DNA from: Cetorhinus maximus
Lineage: Eukaryota
Direction of reading: 5' to 3'
Assembly (NCBI RefSeq): GCF_964194155.1
Contig: NC_135883.1
Coordinates: 136,648,001-136,712,000, forward strand
DNA length: 64,000 nt
The translations under genes and the position numbers were made by a program. This document shows, one piece after another, positions 25,561 to 38,156 of this stretch; the stretch's first letter is position 1, and each line of letters opens with the position of its first letter. The notes under the pieces are model-generated. The model was not told the origin of the DNA and did not search any database. It saw only the letters and a program-made list of their open reading frames with translations.

Positions 25561-27004
25561 GTGTGCCTACAGTGCAAATGATGACGGGGCCGGCTGTACA
25601 TACATTTCAGAGGACCATCGTCAAGGTTGTTTTTAGGTTATCAGCTGTGTTGAAGCTGTTGTTTAGCTTTAGTGGATTTTCCAGATTTGCCTACCACTAA
25701 CAGGTTGGACAGTCAAGGTCAAATGGAATTGAAAACCAAACTTAAGCTAGATTGCTCATCGCTGTCTCTGATGGTGCTGTGTTATTAAACCATTTTACAC
25801 CAGATGTTTTGTCTCACCAAATGCTTGTCAAAAGTTTATCGTAACCAGTCAAATTTCCAGAGTCATCCAAGCTGAGTGAGACTGCACTGGCGTGGGTGTC
25901 TCCGAGGTAAAATATGCCACTTGTGTGGACGGCTGCCTGAACTGAGTCCACTCAATGGCAGTCGCCAAAAAGTCCTGGATTAGTCAAAGGAAACAGTTCC
26001 GTTTTGTAGGAAAACACAGGTCGTTACCAAGGTAACGCACCGATGTATTCACAAAGGGAGCACCTGCTTCCCAAAATCCAATATACAATAGTGATCTTTG
26101 GCTCCTCCTTTTTGGCCTGACTCACACACCATACGCTATTCCCCAGGTATTTAACCTGCTCCCAAGTTCTTAACAATACAGTTTCTCATTTAATTGCACA
26201 ACAAAGCCTGTGAGAGTGGCTGGGGTTAACTTTGTTGCCAATTTGCTTCCAAAGAATGTGTCAGAGAACTATCACCGCAACACCGACTTTCATAACACAA
26301 GGGCTAACTGCTGCTTTTTTAAAGTTGTCAGAAAATATGATTTCTTGTAAAGAAGTGGTGGAGACATTACCTTCCCACAATGACTACTGTAACTGTACTT
26401 TGGCACGCCTGGATTATTTTAAGTGGAAGGATTTCCTCATTTGTTTTATTTCTCAAAGTCTTTTTCCTGTGCCTGATCTGGATATCCTCTTAGACATCTG
26501 ACCTGCTTTCAAAATATTTTGGCCTTCTGTTTTCCTCATTCCTTTCTCCAGCTTGCTTTCATTTTCAGCTGAATTGTGTTGGGAAGCAGTTGTTTCCCAT
26601 TTCGCAGGCACGTTATCATTGTTGCTTCTTGAGAAAGGTCCGGTCCCCATGTGACATTTAACTGGAAGCACTGTCGTTGCAAAATTGTTTTCATTCTGCC
26701 TTTTCTTCCATTTCGGTTTGTGCAGTCATGCAATTCACTCTTATGTAATACAACCTATTATTATAATTGAATTACATAGCTTATACACTGCAGCAAAAGG
26801 CCATTTGGTCCCACTGTCTCTGCTGGTATTTATACTCCACACGAGTCTCTGCCCACCTTCATCCCGCCATATGAGTTATTCTTTCCTCCCTCACGTAATT
26901 ATCCAGTTACCTTAGACACATTACAACAACAACTTTTATTTATATAGCATCTCTATATAATGGAACATCCTAAAGCGCTTCACAGGAGCATTACAAAACG
27001 AAGG

Positions 27005-27785
27005 ATGGCGGGCAGGAAAGGTGGCATGATTCCCACTGGGCAGCGGGGTAGGTGAACATGCGCAATCTTCCGCTTCTCAGCTCATTAATTATGCATCCGT
27101 GAGGAGCTCAGGAAGTTGCCCACCCTGCTGTTGCCTCATGGGGTCAAAGGCCCTGGCACTATATTTAAAGGGTACCTGGACAGCCATTCACTGAGACTTC
27201 TCAAGCCAGGAGATCTGCGTTACGCCTCCAGAGTCCTTTCAGCTGCAGTTCATACTGGAGAAGCTGGCAGATGTGAATAACCACATCCCGGGACATACAA
27301 GGCCGCCTCCGGCATTGTCTTTGGCTCATCTCTAGATAAGAGAACCACCGGCGATACATCCATGGCAGGGCCAATGCTCAACATTGCAGAGGTCCATGTT
27401 CGCCAGCTTCTTAAATTTATAGAGGCCCCGCTGCCTCTTGCTGTTCAGGCCCTTGCTCCTCCTGGCCCTGTGCCAACTGACAATGGGCCCTCCTTCTCCA
27501 CATCTGGATGAGAGCCATTACCAAGGCAGGGTTGCCTGCAGCCTGCATCATCGGCACCTCAGTGGATGTGTGAACGAATTAAAGTGATAAATTTAATGAG
27601 CAAGTCTTTTACAGGTTTCCCTCCATCTCAAAGCCAGCAGGCCAGTGCTAAGCCATTTTCCTGGCCTCTACCTAGACATGGCATCACCACCCCACCCCTT
27701 CCAGGTACAGGACATCTTGGACGACCAGAGATGGGCGCTCCTCCTGTTCATACATGAATGCGTATGGAGACATTGCTTCATTGCT
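27005..27785. mobile_element. Second copy of the internally deleted Harbinger derivative
   Basis: Collinear with 9940-10720, including the junction between the Myb-side end and the antisense transposase exon. Confidence 0.75.
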
Positions 27786-27799
27786 AAAGAAAAGCAGAA

Positions 27800-27990
27800 G
27801 AATGATCCCCTGAGCTCCTGGCCTATGTTTATCCCTCAACTAATGTCAGGGAAAGAAGATCGTTATGGAAGAATGTTGTGCACAGATTGGCTGCCGTGTT
27901 TCCTCCATTACAACAGGAACAACCCTTCAAAAATATTTTGAAATGTCTGATGGTCGTGAAAGGTGCAAGCCTTTCATTTTTCTTCTTTTA
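27800..27990 (+). mobile_element. DeuSINE 3' fragment
   Basis: CCTGGCCTATGTTTATCCCTCAAC...TGTGCACAGATTGGCTGCCGTGTTTCCTCCATTACAACAG. Confidence 0.6.
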
Positions 27991-28427
27991 TTAATGCCAG
28001 GTTAAATAAGTTAAAATTAACCCCAATGCTTCGCTACCTTGTAGTCCGCATGAAAGACAAAGTGGGTGATCTGTGAAATTAATTCAGATTACAATACTTG
28101 ATCTGCTTGGGCATTACACATTGTGACTATGTAGAAACATATGTAGGTAAATGAACCTTTTTTGAAGAAAGAACTGAGCGACTGTTAACATCTGCTAACA
28201 TACTATCATTGTTCATCTACAGACAAAACCTGATGGGATGACTCCAGAATGTCTGTGCAGTAAAACCACATGAAATTAACATTGCCGGGCACTAGCTACA
28301 ATAAAGTTGAATCATACTCATTTTCAAGGACAACAAGTCAAGTCTTGAGCGTTCCTCTACATTAGTGCCACTACACCAACCCTCTGCACCAGTGTTCAGC
28401 TGGTAGTTAGGTAGTAAAAATGCTTAC

Positions 28428-28652
28428 CATTGTCAGAACAGACTTATTCATCCTTTCCTCTTGTCTGGCCTTCGATCTGTCATCCATTGCCCCTCTTGAC
28501 CTGCTCTCTACCTCCCCCCGTTTCCATTTCTCAATCTTTTCTTCCTCCACAGACTCCACCAGGGTCCCTCTCATCATAAAACTCATTTCCTTCTCCCTCA
28601 ATCCTCTTGCAACACAATTCCTGGCCCTGATTTTTATCGAACATTTTTGGAA
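28428..28652 (-). CDS. Candidate internal exon of an unidentified host gene (75 codons, phase 0/0)
   Basis: Acceptor ...gtcatctcttttcag|TTC and donor ATG|gtaagc; 225 nt open: FQKCSIKIRARNCVARGLREKEMSF...EERMNKSVLTM; not recognisable as a TE. Confidence 0.45.
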
Positions 28653-29340
28653 CTGAAAAGAGATGACATCATTTGTGTTCAAAGTTCCAAAATCGATATT
28701 GATTTTTTTTCTCTCATTGATGATTGTTTTAAAGCTAAAGAATATAACTGGAAGATTGGGAAATTTGGAGCCAGTACAGAAATTCAGGCAGAACTATTTC
28801 CCACAAAGTCTGCTAAGTATATGAAATAAAATACCAAGGACTCCTAATGAAGTAAGTTAGTTTTAGATGCAATTAAGCATTTTCAGGACAATTAAGAGAT
28901 AGGGGTCACTATATGTTTGTGAAATTGCAAATGAAATGGAAAGATTCCATATGTGCTTATTTCTAATGAAATCATAAGCATATTCTGAAAGAAATGTGCT
29001 GTTTACAATGATGTCAATGTGCAACAATTGTGCTGTCTGGCTTCTGCCGGGCAGGGATGCCAGTTGGAATAGTTTGATCGAGAGGCTTTAGCACATTGTA
29101 CATGCAGAGTGAATTCTGTATTTACATGGTGTTGATCAAGAAAATATCATAAAGGTGCGGTCCTTGATGTTTAAAATAGTTCTCAACGTGCAATGGCAAT
29201 TAATCACCTAGGCTGCTTTAGTTACCTTAAAGTGTGATAAATACCGACATAAAATTGCACCATGCAGTTTCTTGTCCTTTTACTTACTGCAGTCCACTCT
29301 GCTCTAATCCTTTATTTTCTCATTGTGGACCAGATACGAT

Positions 29341-29972
29341 GGCCTAGAAATTGGACTTGTTGCAATGGTTTTGTGAGCATAAAATAGGTATAATGAGGGT
29401 CAATTTTGGGGATCACCATGCTGTGCCTCAAGGGCATCTGGAAGGCATCTTGCCTAATATTGAGCCAAGACATTTTTTGGGTGTCTGGGAAGGATGCTGA
29501 ATCAGCTTACTCAAGGGTGGTGATGCCCCTTAGTAGCTGAATCCCTCTGGAAAATTCAATAGTCCTGAGCTAAGCAGATCTCAGTGCTTCCCCATTCAGA
29601 TTTTGCTAACATCAATATGATTCAGCACGTGACTAGCATCAAAAAGATTAATTTAAAAGAATGTTTTTAATCTTGCTGTGTAATCACAAAGAGCAGGAGT
29701 CCTGTTGTCTTCTGCAAAATCCACCTTCCCTCACCCCAGCCCCTTTTTCCTCAGGACTTACCTGAGGCCATTGACTGTGGTGCACGGAGGCCTGAAATTT
29801 GATCCTGCTGAAGGAACAACTTCAGGGGAGGCGCAGCAGGTATTGGCAGCTTGCCCAGGTTACTGAGATGAGGTGCAAGGCCTCATTCGAGCTCATTTCT
29901 GGCCTCCTGGTTTGGACTGTGTCTGTATTGCCGCTTTCATGCCCAAAACCCAGCGCCAAAGAATTTCTATCT
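29341..29972. mobile_element. Degenerate MITE-like element
   Basis: TIR-like GGCCTAGAAATT / AATTTCTATCT with an AT-rich centre. Confidence 0.4.
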
Positions 29973-31139
29973 TGATGACTTTAACAATGCTCAAAAGGAG
30001 TCACTGCTTTCAGGAGAGGATGGAATAGGGGAGAAAATCAGAGGGAAATTGGAAGGGGAGCTCAAATACCCAGGCCCAGTGTGTTTCAATGCAATTTGGC
30101 AAAACTAGTGGAGAGGGTCTCTAAAATGGGTTTGGAAAAGAAGTAAATCCTTACTTCCATACTGGTAAGTCAAGGATTTTAAAAGTGTCTGTATGCCACA
30201 TATTGGCGTGTTCCTGGAGCAGAGCTGTAGGGATCCTGTATTTCTGCTCACATGCATCTAGATTTATGGTGCCAACAGCTGAAGGCTGTGTAAAAGGGAA
30301 GGGATCATCTGATCATTTGCGTGATTGTGGCACCCAAACAGGAAAAGCAACAACACAACAAAAGACTTCTGAACATGATGTGTACTTTAAAGCATTGTTC
30401 ATCAGAACTTGCATGATCGAAAGTACTGTATTTCTGGTCATGGGGCGTGTACACTGCCAACTTTAAGTGTGTATGTTCTGCTTCTCCTGTGAGTATTAAG
30501 CAATTACACCATAAACATGAAGGAATGCTTATAAAGGGTTTTGCTATGATCATAAAACTACAAACAGAAACAGCCAAATTATAGGGCAAAAGAAAGACAG
30601 TGGTAATTAAATTAAAGGATCTGAGCCACTAAGCAGTGAAGCATGCAATTTACAGTGACTGGAAGGTGTCTGCCCTTTCAACTAATCATGTCTGTTATAT
30701 GCTAATCAAGATCATATTGATATTGTGTAACCCCACAGCCCTTGAAATCAATGACACTCCCCAAAATATATTCTTGCAAGTACTGACTAGTCACCATGCT
30801 CTCTTGAAAGGCATTGGAAAACATAATTCCTCCATAGTGGAATTTTCATTTAATGTGGGCAGAGAATTATCAGCACAATAGTTAGTCAAATGATGAGTTG
30901 TCTGGTCTGAGAGCAATTAAAAAGCTGCTCGTCTGGACCACTGGAATTGATCTATCTCACAATTCACTTATAGAGTTCCCAGAACAGATTTTTGGGCAGA
31001 AACACTGAATGATCAGAGCAAAGTGTTATGAAGCAGCTTCAAAACACATGTGTTGTGTCCTTCACTCATTGGGAATTAGCCTTTATTTTCCCTGTGCAAT
31101 GAAGTGGTAAATAACACATATAAACAGAACACAAAGATT

Positions 31140-31175
31140 CTGTTGAAGAGTCATAAGGACTCGAAACGTTAACTG
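31140..31175 (+). ncRNA. Minimal hammerhead-ribozyme-like motif
   Basis: CTGTTGA-A-GAGTC-ATAAG-GACTC-GAAA-C-GTT-AACTG: core, perfect 5-bp stem II, GAAA and palindromic AACGTT stem III. Confidence 0.6.
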
Positions 31176-31270
31176 TGCTCCTCTCCGCAGATGCTGGCAG
31201 ACCTGCTGAGTTTTTCCAGATATTTTTATTTTTGTTTTGAATTTCCAGCAGCCGCAGTTTTTTGCTTTTA
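31140..31270 (+). mobile_element. 131-bp Penelope pLTR mini-element
   Basis: Perfect 9-bp TSD ACAAAGATT (31131-31139 and 31271-31279); sequence matches the Penelope 3' ends at 60800-60900. Confidence 0.85.
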
Positions 31271-32096
31271 ACAAAGATTGAATTGTTATTTATGAAATGG
31301 ATGCAGTGTTCCAATGGTTTCCTTTTCTCTCCCTCTTCAGTCCTGAGGGCATTAATGGTGGTAATGGTACCATTCCATGACTTCCTTCAAATGGCCTATT
31401 CTCCATGTGTGAATCCTGATGGTGGGGTAATTTTGACCTTAGGTGATAGCGAAAAGGGGGTGACATCGAATCACTGCCCATCTCCTGAAAATTACCCCAG
31501 CAGGCATCAAAGCCAGCCAGATCCAGCCCACACAATATCTACTTTTCAGGTGGCCATCACTGGATAACAGTACTGAATAGCATCACTGGATAACATCACT
31601 GGAGCGCTGATAACCAAAATGTTGATGTTGGCCAACTGTAGTACAATCGCTGCTGCTACAGATGACATCAATTGGTTCAGAATGAATTAAAAATCAAACT
31701 GTAACCCCTTGTTCCCTATGGCTCAGTTACCCATTGACTTTAGCAAGACAACTGTGGGGAGAAGAATCAGTGGATGGGGTAATTGTAGGGCAACAACATT
31801 GTGTGCTCCCATCTCAGAGACCCAGGGTGGAATTTTCTGTTCTGGAGACTACCAGTTGCGTGTGGCAAAGTCAGCATGGTACCTGTTGGGTGGCGGGGCG
31901 AGTCCTTGAGCCAGATTGTCAACCTTCAGGCCATTATTTATGCATCAATGAGCAGCTCATCGAATCCCGTGGTGGGGCAGGCTGGGATTCGTACGCATTG
32001 CCGTTATATCATAGGGTTGAAGATTCAGCCACTGTATTTAAACAGCAGCCACACACACATTCCCTCTCTGCAGCCCAGGACTTGCTGTGGCGAGTG

Positions 32097-35000
32097 ATGG
32101 CCCCGAGAAGAAACAAGCCCTCTGCTACCAAGTGCAGCAACAGCTCCCTGGAGAGACTCCTCCAGGCAGTCCGGGACTGGCAGGAGGTCCTCCAATCAAG
32201 AGATGGCAGCAGGAGATCCAGCAACCTCACCACGCTGGCTTGGGAGAATGTCATCGTGAAGGTGAGCGCGTGTGGGCCACAGAAGAGGACCACCCTGCAG
32301 GGCAGGAAGAGGATGAATGATCTCATGGACACCGCCAGGGTAAGTCAACTTCTCCTCACTCCCAACTCACACTCTCATAAGGCCATCAGGCATTTGCAGG
32401 GTTACTGCCCACAGAGGTCCCAAACACTACCAGCACAAGGGACATCACCACTGATTGTCTCACAGACACTTTAACATCATCATCTCCTGTAACATCCTGT
32501 AATATGGGGAGGTGGTGGCGTGGCAGTATTGACACTGGACTGGTAGTCCAGAGACCCAGCGTAATGCTCTGTACAGAGCTGGAAAAAAAATTCTAATGAT
32601 TGTCGTAAAAACCCATCTGGTTCATAAATGCCCCCTAGGGAAGGAAATATGCCGTCTTCACTTGGTCTGGCCTACATGTGACTCCAGATCCGCAGTAATG
32701 TGGTTGACTCTTAAATGCTCTCTGAAATGGCTTAGCAAGACACTCAGTTGTAACAAACAACTAGAAAGTCAATTAAATGGAATGAAAAGGGACGGACCAC
32801 CCGGCATTGACCTAGGCACCACATATGACAACGGCAAACCCAGGCCTGTCAACCCTACAAAGCCCTCCTTCCTAAAATCTGGGGGCTTGTGCCAAAATTG
32901 GAAGAGTTGTTTCACAGACTAGTCAAGCGAGAGCCTGACATAGTCCTCCTCACGGAATCATACCTTAGAGATCATGCCCGAGACGCTACCATCACCAAGG
33001 GAGGGATTTGCCCTGGGAGTCCTCAACATCAACTCCAGACCCCATGACGTCTCATGGTATCAGGTTAAACATGGGCAAGGAAACCTCCTGCTGATTACTA
33101 CGTATCGCCCTCCCTCAGCTGATGAATCAGAGCTCTTCCATGTTGAACATCACTTGGAGGAAGCACTTAAGGTGGCAAAGTTGCAGAATGTACCCTGGGT
33201 GGGGGACTTTAAGGTCCTTCACCAAGAGAGGCTCGGTAGCACCACTACTGACCAATCTGGCCAAGTCCTAAAGGACATAACTGCTAGACCAGGTCTGCGG
33301 CAGGTGGTGAGGGAACCAACAACAGGGAAAAACATACTGACCTCATCCTCACCAACCTGCCTGCCACAGATGCATCTGCCCGTGACAGTATCGGTAGGAG
33401 TGGCCACTGCACAGTTCTTGTGGAGGCGAAGTCCCGCCTTCACTTTGAGGATACCCTCCATCGTGTTGTGTGGCACTACCACCATGTTAAATTGGATAGA
33501 TTTCAAACAGATCTACCAACTCAAGAATGGGCATCCATGAGGTGCTGTGGGCCATCAGCAGCAGAATTGTACTCAATAACAATCTGTAACTTCATGGCCC
33601 GGCATATCCCCCACTCTACCAGTACCACCAAGCCAGGGGATCAACCCTGGTTCAGTGAAGAGTGTAGGAGGGCATGCCAGGAGCAGCACCAGACATACCT
33701 AAAAATAAGGTGTCAACCTGGTGAAGCTACAATACAGGACTACTTGCCTGTCAAACAGCATAAGCAGCATGTGATAGACAGAGCTAAGCGATCCCACAAC
33801 CAACAGATCAGATCTAAGCTCTGCAGTCCTGCCTCATCCAGTTGTTAATGGTGGTGGACAATTAAACAGCTCACTGGAGGAGGAGGTCCCACAAATATCC
33901 CCATCCTCAATGATGGGGGAACCCAGCACATCAGTGCAAAAAATAAGGCTGAAGCATTCGCAACAATCTTCAGCCAGAAGCGCTGAATGGATGATCCATC
34001 TCGGAATACTCTGGAGGTCCCCAGTATCACAGATGCCAGTCTTCAGCCAACTTGATTCACTCCACATGATACCAAGAAACGACTGAGCGCCTTGGATACT
34101 GCAAAGACTATGGGCCCTGACAATATACAGGCAATAGCACTGAAGACTTGTGCTCCAGAACTTGGCACACCCCTAGCCAAGCTGTTCCAGTACAGCTACA
34201 ACACTGGCATCTACCCGGCTATGTGGAAAATTGCCCAGGTATGTCCTGTACATAAAAAGCAGGACAAATCCAACCCGGCCAATTACTGTCCCATCAGTCT
34301 ACTCTCGATCGTCAGTAAAGTGATGGAAGGGATCATCAATAGTACTATTCAAGCAACACTTGCTTAGCAATAACCTGCTAACTGACACTCAGTTTGGGTT
34401 CTACCAGGGTCACTCAGCTCCTAACCTCTTTACAGCCCTGGTTCAAACATAGACAAAAGAGCTGAACACAAGAGGTGAGTTGTCATCAAGACAGCAATTG
34501 ACCGTGTGTGGCACCAAGAAGCCCTAGCACAACTGGAGTCAATGAGTATCGGGGGGTGGGTGGAATCCTCTCTGCTGGTTGGAGTCCTACGTAACACAAA
34601 GGAAGATGGTTGTGGCTGTTGGAAGTCAATCAGCTCAGTTCCAGGACATCACTGCAGGAGTTCCTCAGGGTTGTGTCCTAGGCTCATCTATCTTCAGCAG
34701 CATCATCAATGACCTTCCTTTCATCATAAGGTCAGAAGTGGGGATGTTCGCTGATGATTGCATAATGTTCAGCACCATTCACAACTCCTCAGACACTGAA
34801 GCAGTCCATGTTCAAAAGCAGCAAGACCTGAACAATATCCAGGCTTGGGTTGAAAGGTGGCCAATAACATTTGCACCATACAAGTGCCAGGCAATGACTA
34901 TCTCCAACAAGAGAGAATCTAACAATCGCCCCACGACATTCAATGGCGTTGCCATCACTGAATCCCCCACTAGCAACATCCTGGGGGTTACCATTAACCA

Positions 35001-36460
35001 GAAACTAAACTGGACTAGCCATATAAATGCTGTGGCTACAAGAGCAGGTGAGAGGCTAGGAATCCTGAGGTGAGTAACTCACCTCCTGACTCTCCAAAGC
35101 CTGTCCACCACCTACAAGGCACAAGTCAGGAGTGTGATGGAATGCCCCCCACTTGCCTGGATGAATGCAGCTCCCACAACACTCAAGAAGGTTGACACCA
35201 TCCAGGACAAAGCAACCTGCTTGACTGGCACATCCACAAACACTCAATCCCCCACCGCCCCCCTCCCCGCCACTGACGCACAGTAGCAGCAGTGTGTACC
35301 ATCTACAAGATACACTGCAGGAATTCATCAAGGCTCCTTTCGGCAGCAGCTTCCAAACCCACGGCCAATATCATCTAGAAGGACAAGGGCAGCAGATAGA
35401 TGGGAACAGCACCATCTGGAAGTTCCCCTCCAAGCCACTCACCATCCTGACTTGGGAATATATCACCGTTTCTTCACGATCACTGGGTCAAAATCCTGGA
35501 ACTCCCTCCCTAACAGCACCATGGGTGTACCTACACTACGTGGACTGCAAGAAGGCAGCTCACCGCCACCTTCTCAAGGGCAACTAGGGATGGACAATAA
35601 ATGTTGGCCCAGCCAGTGACACCCACATCCCCTAAATGAATAATTAAAAAAATACTGCACAAGTCGCATCTTCCGCCTTTACTGGGGAAGACTCAGCACA
35701 ACAGCAGGCATGCATGCTTATGCTCTGCTCTTTCATTGTGCTGCTCACAGTTTATCCACCCGTCTTTATGCAGGACAAGATCACCGACAACAAAAGTGAG
35801 CAATCCCAGACCACTGGTGGGATGTGGGAGTTGAGGCCACTCACGCCTTTCGAGGAGCAGGCGGCAGAGCTGTTTGGCTAGGACAGCAACTGTTCCTGCA
35901 CCAAAAATGAGATTGCTGCCTCCCAACAAGCCAGTGAGGGTCCATGCAGTAGTCATCAGCGGACACTGTGAATGCTCTTCAATGTAGGCGACTCTGTAGC
36001 CAATCACTAATTATCTCTTCTCTCAATTACAGCTACCAGCACGAAAAGGAACAGGGACACCACCAGCCAGTCCATCAGCCCCAGTCCCCAAAGCACTGAG
36101 GAAGCATCCAATAAAGACCCATCACTGCATTCACCTGCACCTCCACCAGCACAGAGATACAAACCTCAGGGGGGACCTAGGTCCCAGACTTGGGGATGCT
36201 AATGGTGAGCACAGAATAGACACGTGTCCACATCAGGCAGAGGCAGTAACAGCCAAGGTCTCTGACACTCGGAGGACTGCTGGAGACCAGGCCCTTGCTG
36301 AGGCCGAGTCCAACGACAAGCCTCTGGAGTCAGCCCTGAGAGAAATGTTGGAGCTCCAAAGACAGACAGGGGAACAGCAGGCAGGGTTGTTAGATGCCGT
36401 TGGCAGATTAGAATGAAGAGGGGAGGAGTCCATCTAGACTCTCTCTGATGTCAATACTCT
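32097..36460 (+). pseudogene. Harbinger Myb/SANT-like gene (exons 32097-32339, 35774-35933, 36033-~36460)
   Basis: 81-codon exon 1 MAPRRNKPSA...RKRMNDLMDTAR|gtaagt; exon 2 cag|DKITDNKSEQSQT.GG; TATA-like TATTTAAA at 32035; stops and frameshifts in exons 2-3. Confidence 0.8.
32506..35652 (+). mobile_element. Near-full-length CR1/L2-group LINE (APE + RT, no visible ORF1) with tRNA/SINE-like 5' end
   Basis: APE motifs IWGLVPKL..L...PDIVLLTESYL (~32878), YRPPS, VGDF, SG/DH; RT motifs GPDNI, NYCPISLLS, GVPQG.VLG, MFADD; intact 3' tail; several stops and frameshifts. Confidence 0.92.
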
Positions 36461-36462
36461 GG

Positions 36463-36583
36463 CATACGGACTCGAAACGTTAACTCTGTCTTCCTCTCCA
36501 CAGATGCTGTCAGACCTGCTGAGTTTTTCCAGCAATTTTTGTTTTTGTTTCAGATTTCTAGCATCCGCAGTATTTTGCTTTTA
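36463..36583 (+). mobile_element. Penelope pLTR fragment (3' half of the hammerhead motif)
   Basis: CATACGGACTCGAAACGTTAACTCTG...CAGACCTGCTGAGTTTTTCCAGC...GCATCCGCAGTATTTTGCTTTTA. Confidence 0.8.
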
Positions 36584-38156
36584 TCCATGTAATTACTGTC
36601 AAGTTTGGGTGTGGGTTACAGTTTAAGTGATCGTCAGGAACCCTAGCCTTTCATGTCAGCTTGCAGCTTTAACTCGTGATCCTTTATCACTAATGAGCAA
36701 ACCCTAAATGCGCTGAGAGCCCTTGAAGATCTGTGCAAAAGTGCAATAGTCATCGACTTCTCCCACAAGCCTTCAGGCTCCTCCCATGGTGATATTTTCC
36801 CGAGGTTATTTTTCTACTGCGTCATTCCATCGGCTGTCGAAAGGGTGCTGCTCCAATTTGGTTATGAGACCAGCTCCCAACACCCCTCTGTTATCATCCA
36901 AGTCCCTCCTATTGTCCTGGAAGAGCATCATGTGCAGGTTTCCCTCCCTCCAATCACTCTCCTGCCTCCCCCTTTAATCCTGGAGCCCATTGTCATTGTA
37001 GTTGATGCCCCTGTCCTCCCCCGAACCGTTTTCTGTCCATGTGCCCATGCCCCATGTCGACCTTACCCCTCCATATCTTGATATCCTATGCACAGTGACC
37101 GACCAGGATGCCACCCTGGCCCACATGACATGACTGACTGCCACCCCCCCACCCCCCTTAGTTATCAGTTCCCCATTTACATGTTGCAGATGTCTCACCT
37201 GTCTGTGACAGTGCCATCCGCTGGCCAGTACCAAGCCACCAACCCCCAGTACCAAATAAGTGAGGGGCTGACCACACCCTGAACACCATGCTGTGCATGA
37301 CAGATAGGCCCTCCCCCTCCGTGGACTGGGACCAGGACATGTGGGCCAAGCATAGCCCAGTAGCATGGTCGGCACTGACCCAAGACCAGCTTTAAATTCT
37401 AGCCCTGACACTGCAGTGCACTGCCTCAGGACTGAGTCACACTTATCCTCCCCTTCCTTTAAAAACCCCCATTCACGAGTCTCTGTCCACCTCTTCCCTC
37501 CCATGCTCCAGTCATTCCCCCCCTAAGTTATGTGTCTCTGCCCACCCTTTCTTCTCGTGTTCCAGTCACCGCCCAACCCCTCACTCATGTGTCCCTGTCC
37601 ACCCCTTCCCCCCTAGGCACCAGTCATCCCCCTCATCCCAAGTTAAGCGTCTCTACCCCTTCCCTTCCCTCGCGTTTGTCTGAGCAGCCTTGGCATAGAG
37701 CTGGAGCAGCCACGAGAGCAGCGCACTGAAAGGTAGGCGAACACTGTGTGTACAAACCTCGAAGCTGCGAGTAAAGTGCAGGTCACCAGGTGCAGGCCAG
37801 TTATATCCGGTTGTGAATCAGAGCGGTCTAATTATCCACTGGCGGGATAATTAGATTTGGAGTGCAATCACGATTCCTGCGGGCTGGGTTTTTAATGAGC
37901 ATTCATGAGATGCAAAGGGGTTCCTGACGTGGATGAGTGGGAAATTCGAACCTCTATGAAAGTCAGGAGGGGAAAATTCCAACTTATTTTCCCACTGGCG
38001 GAAAACTGACTTTTGCCAACATGCCAAATATTGTGCCCCCACCCGCCACGATTCCTGCCGCTGGCCGGAGTAGAAAATCCCACCCCAGATCTACCAATCA
38101 TAACATTCTTTATTCTAGTAGCAATCCATGAATCCTTTGGACCTGCATAATGAAAC

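Larger units (their letters stand above)
31825..38085. mobile_element. PIF/Harbinger element with both TIRs (Myb gene on +, deleted transposase on -) plus nested LINE and Penelope
   Basis: TIRs GGGTGGAATTTTCTGTTCTGG / CCGGAGTAGAAAATCCCACCC; transposase remnant QIFKGSQRI*GLLISDKG on - at ~36680-36740. Confidence 0.8.

Noticed and set aside
26453-26733. Possible terminal minus-strand exon downstream of the 28.5-kb exon
   Set aside because: In-frame stop just upstream and no convincing splice acceptor
31555-31605. Short repeat of CATCACTGGATAACA
   Set aside because: Ordinary slippage-type micro-duplication
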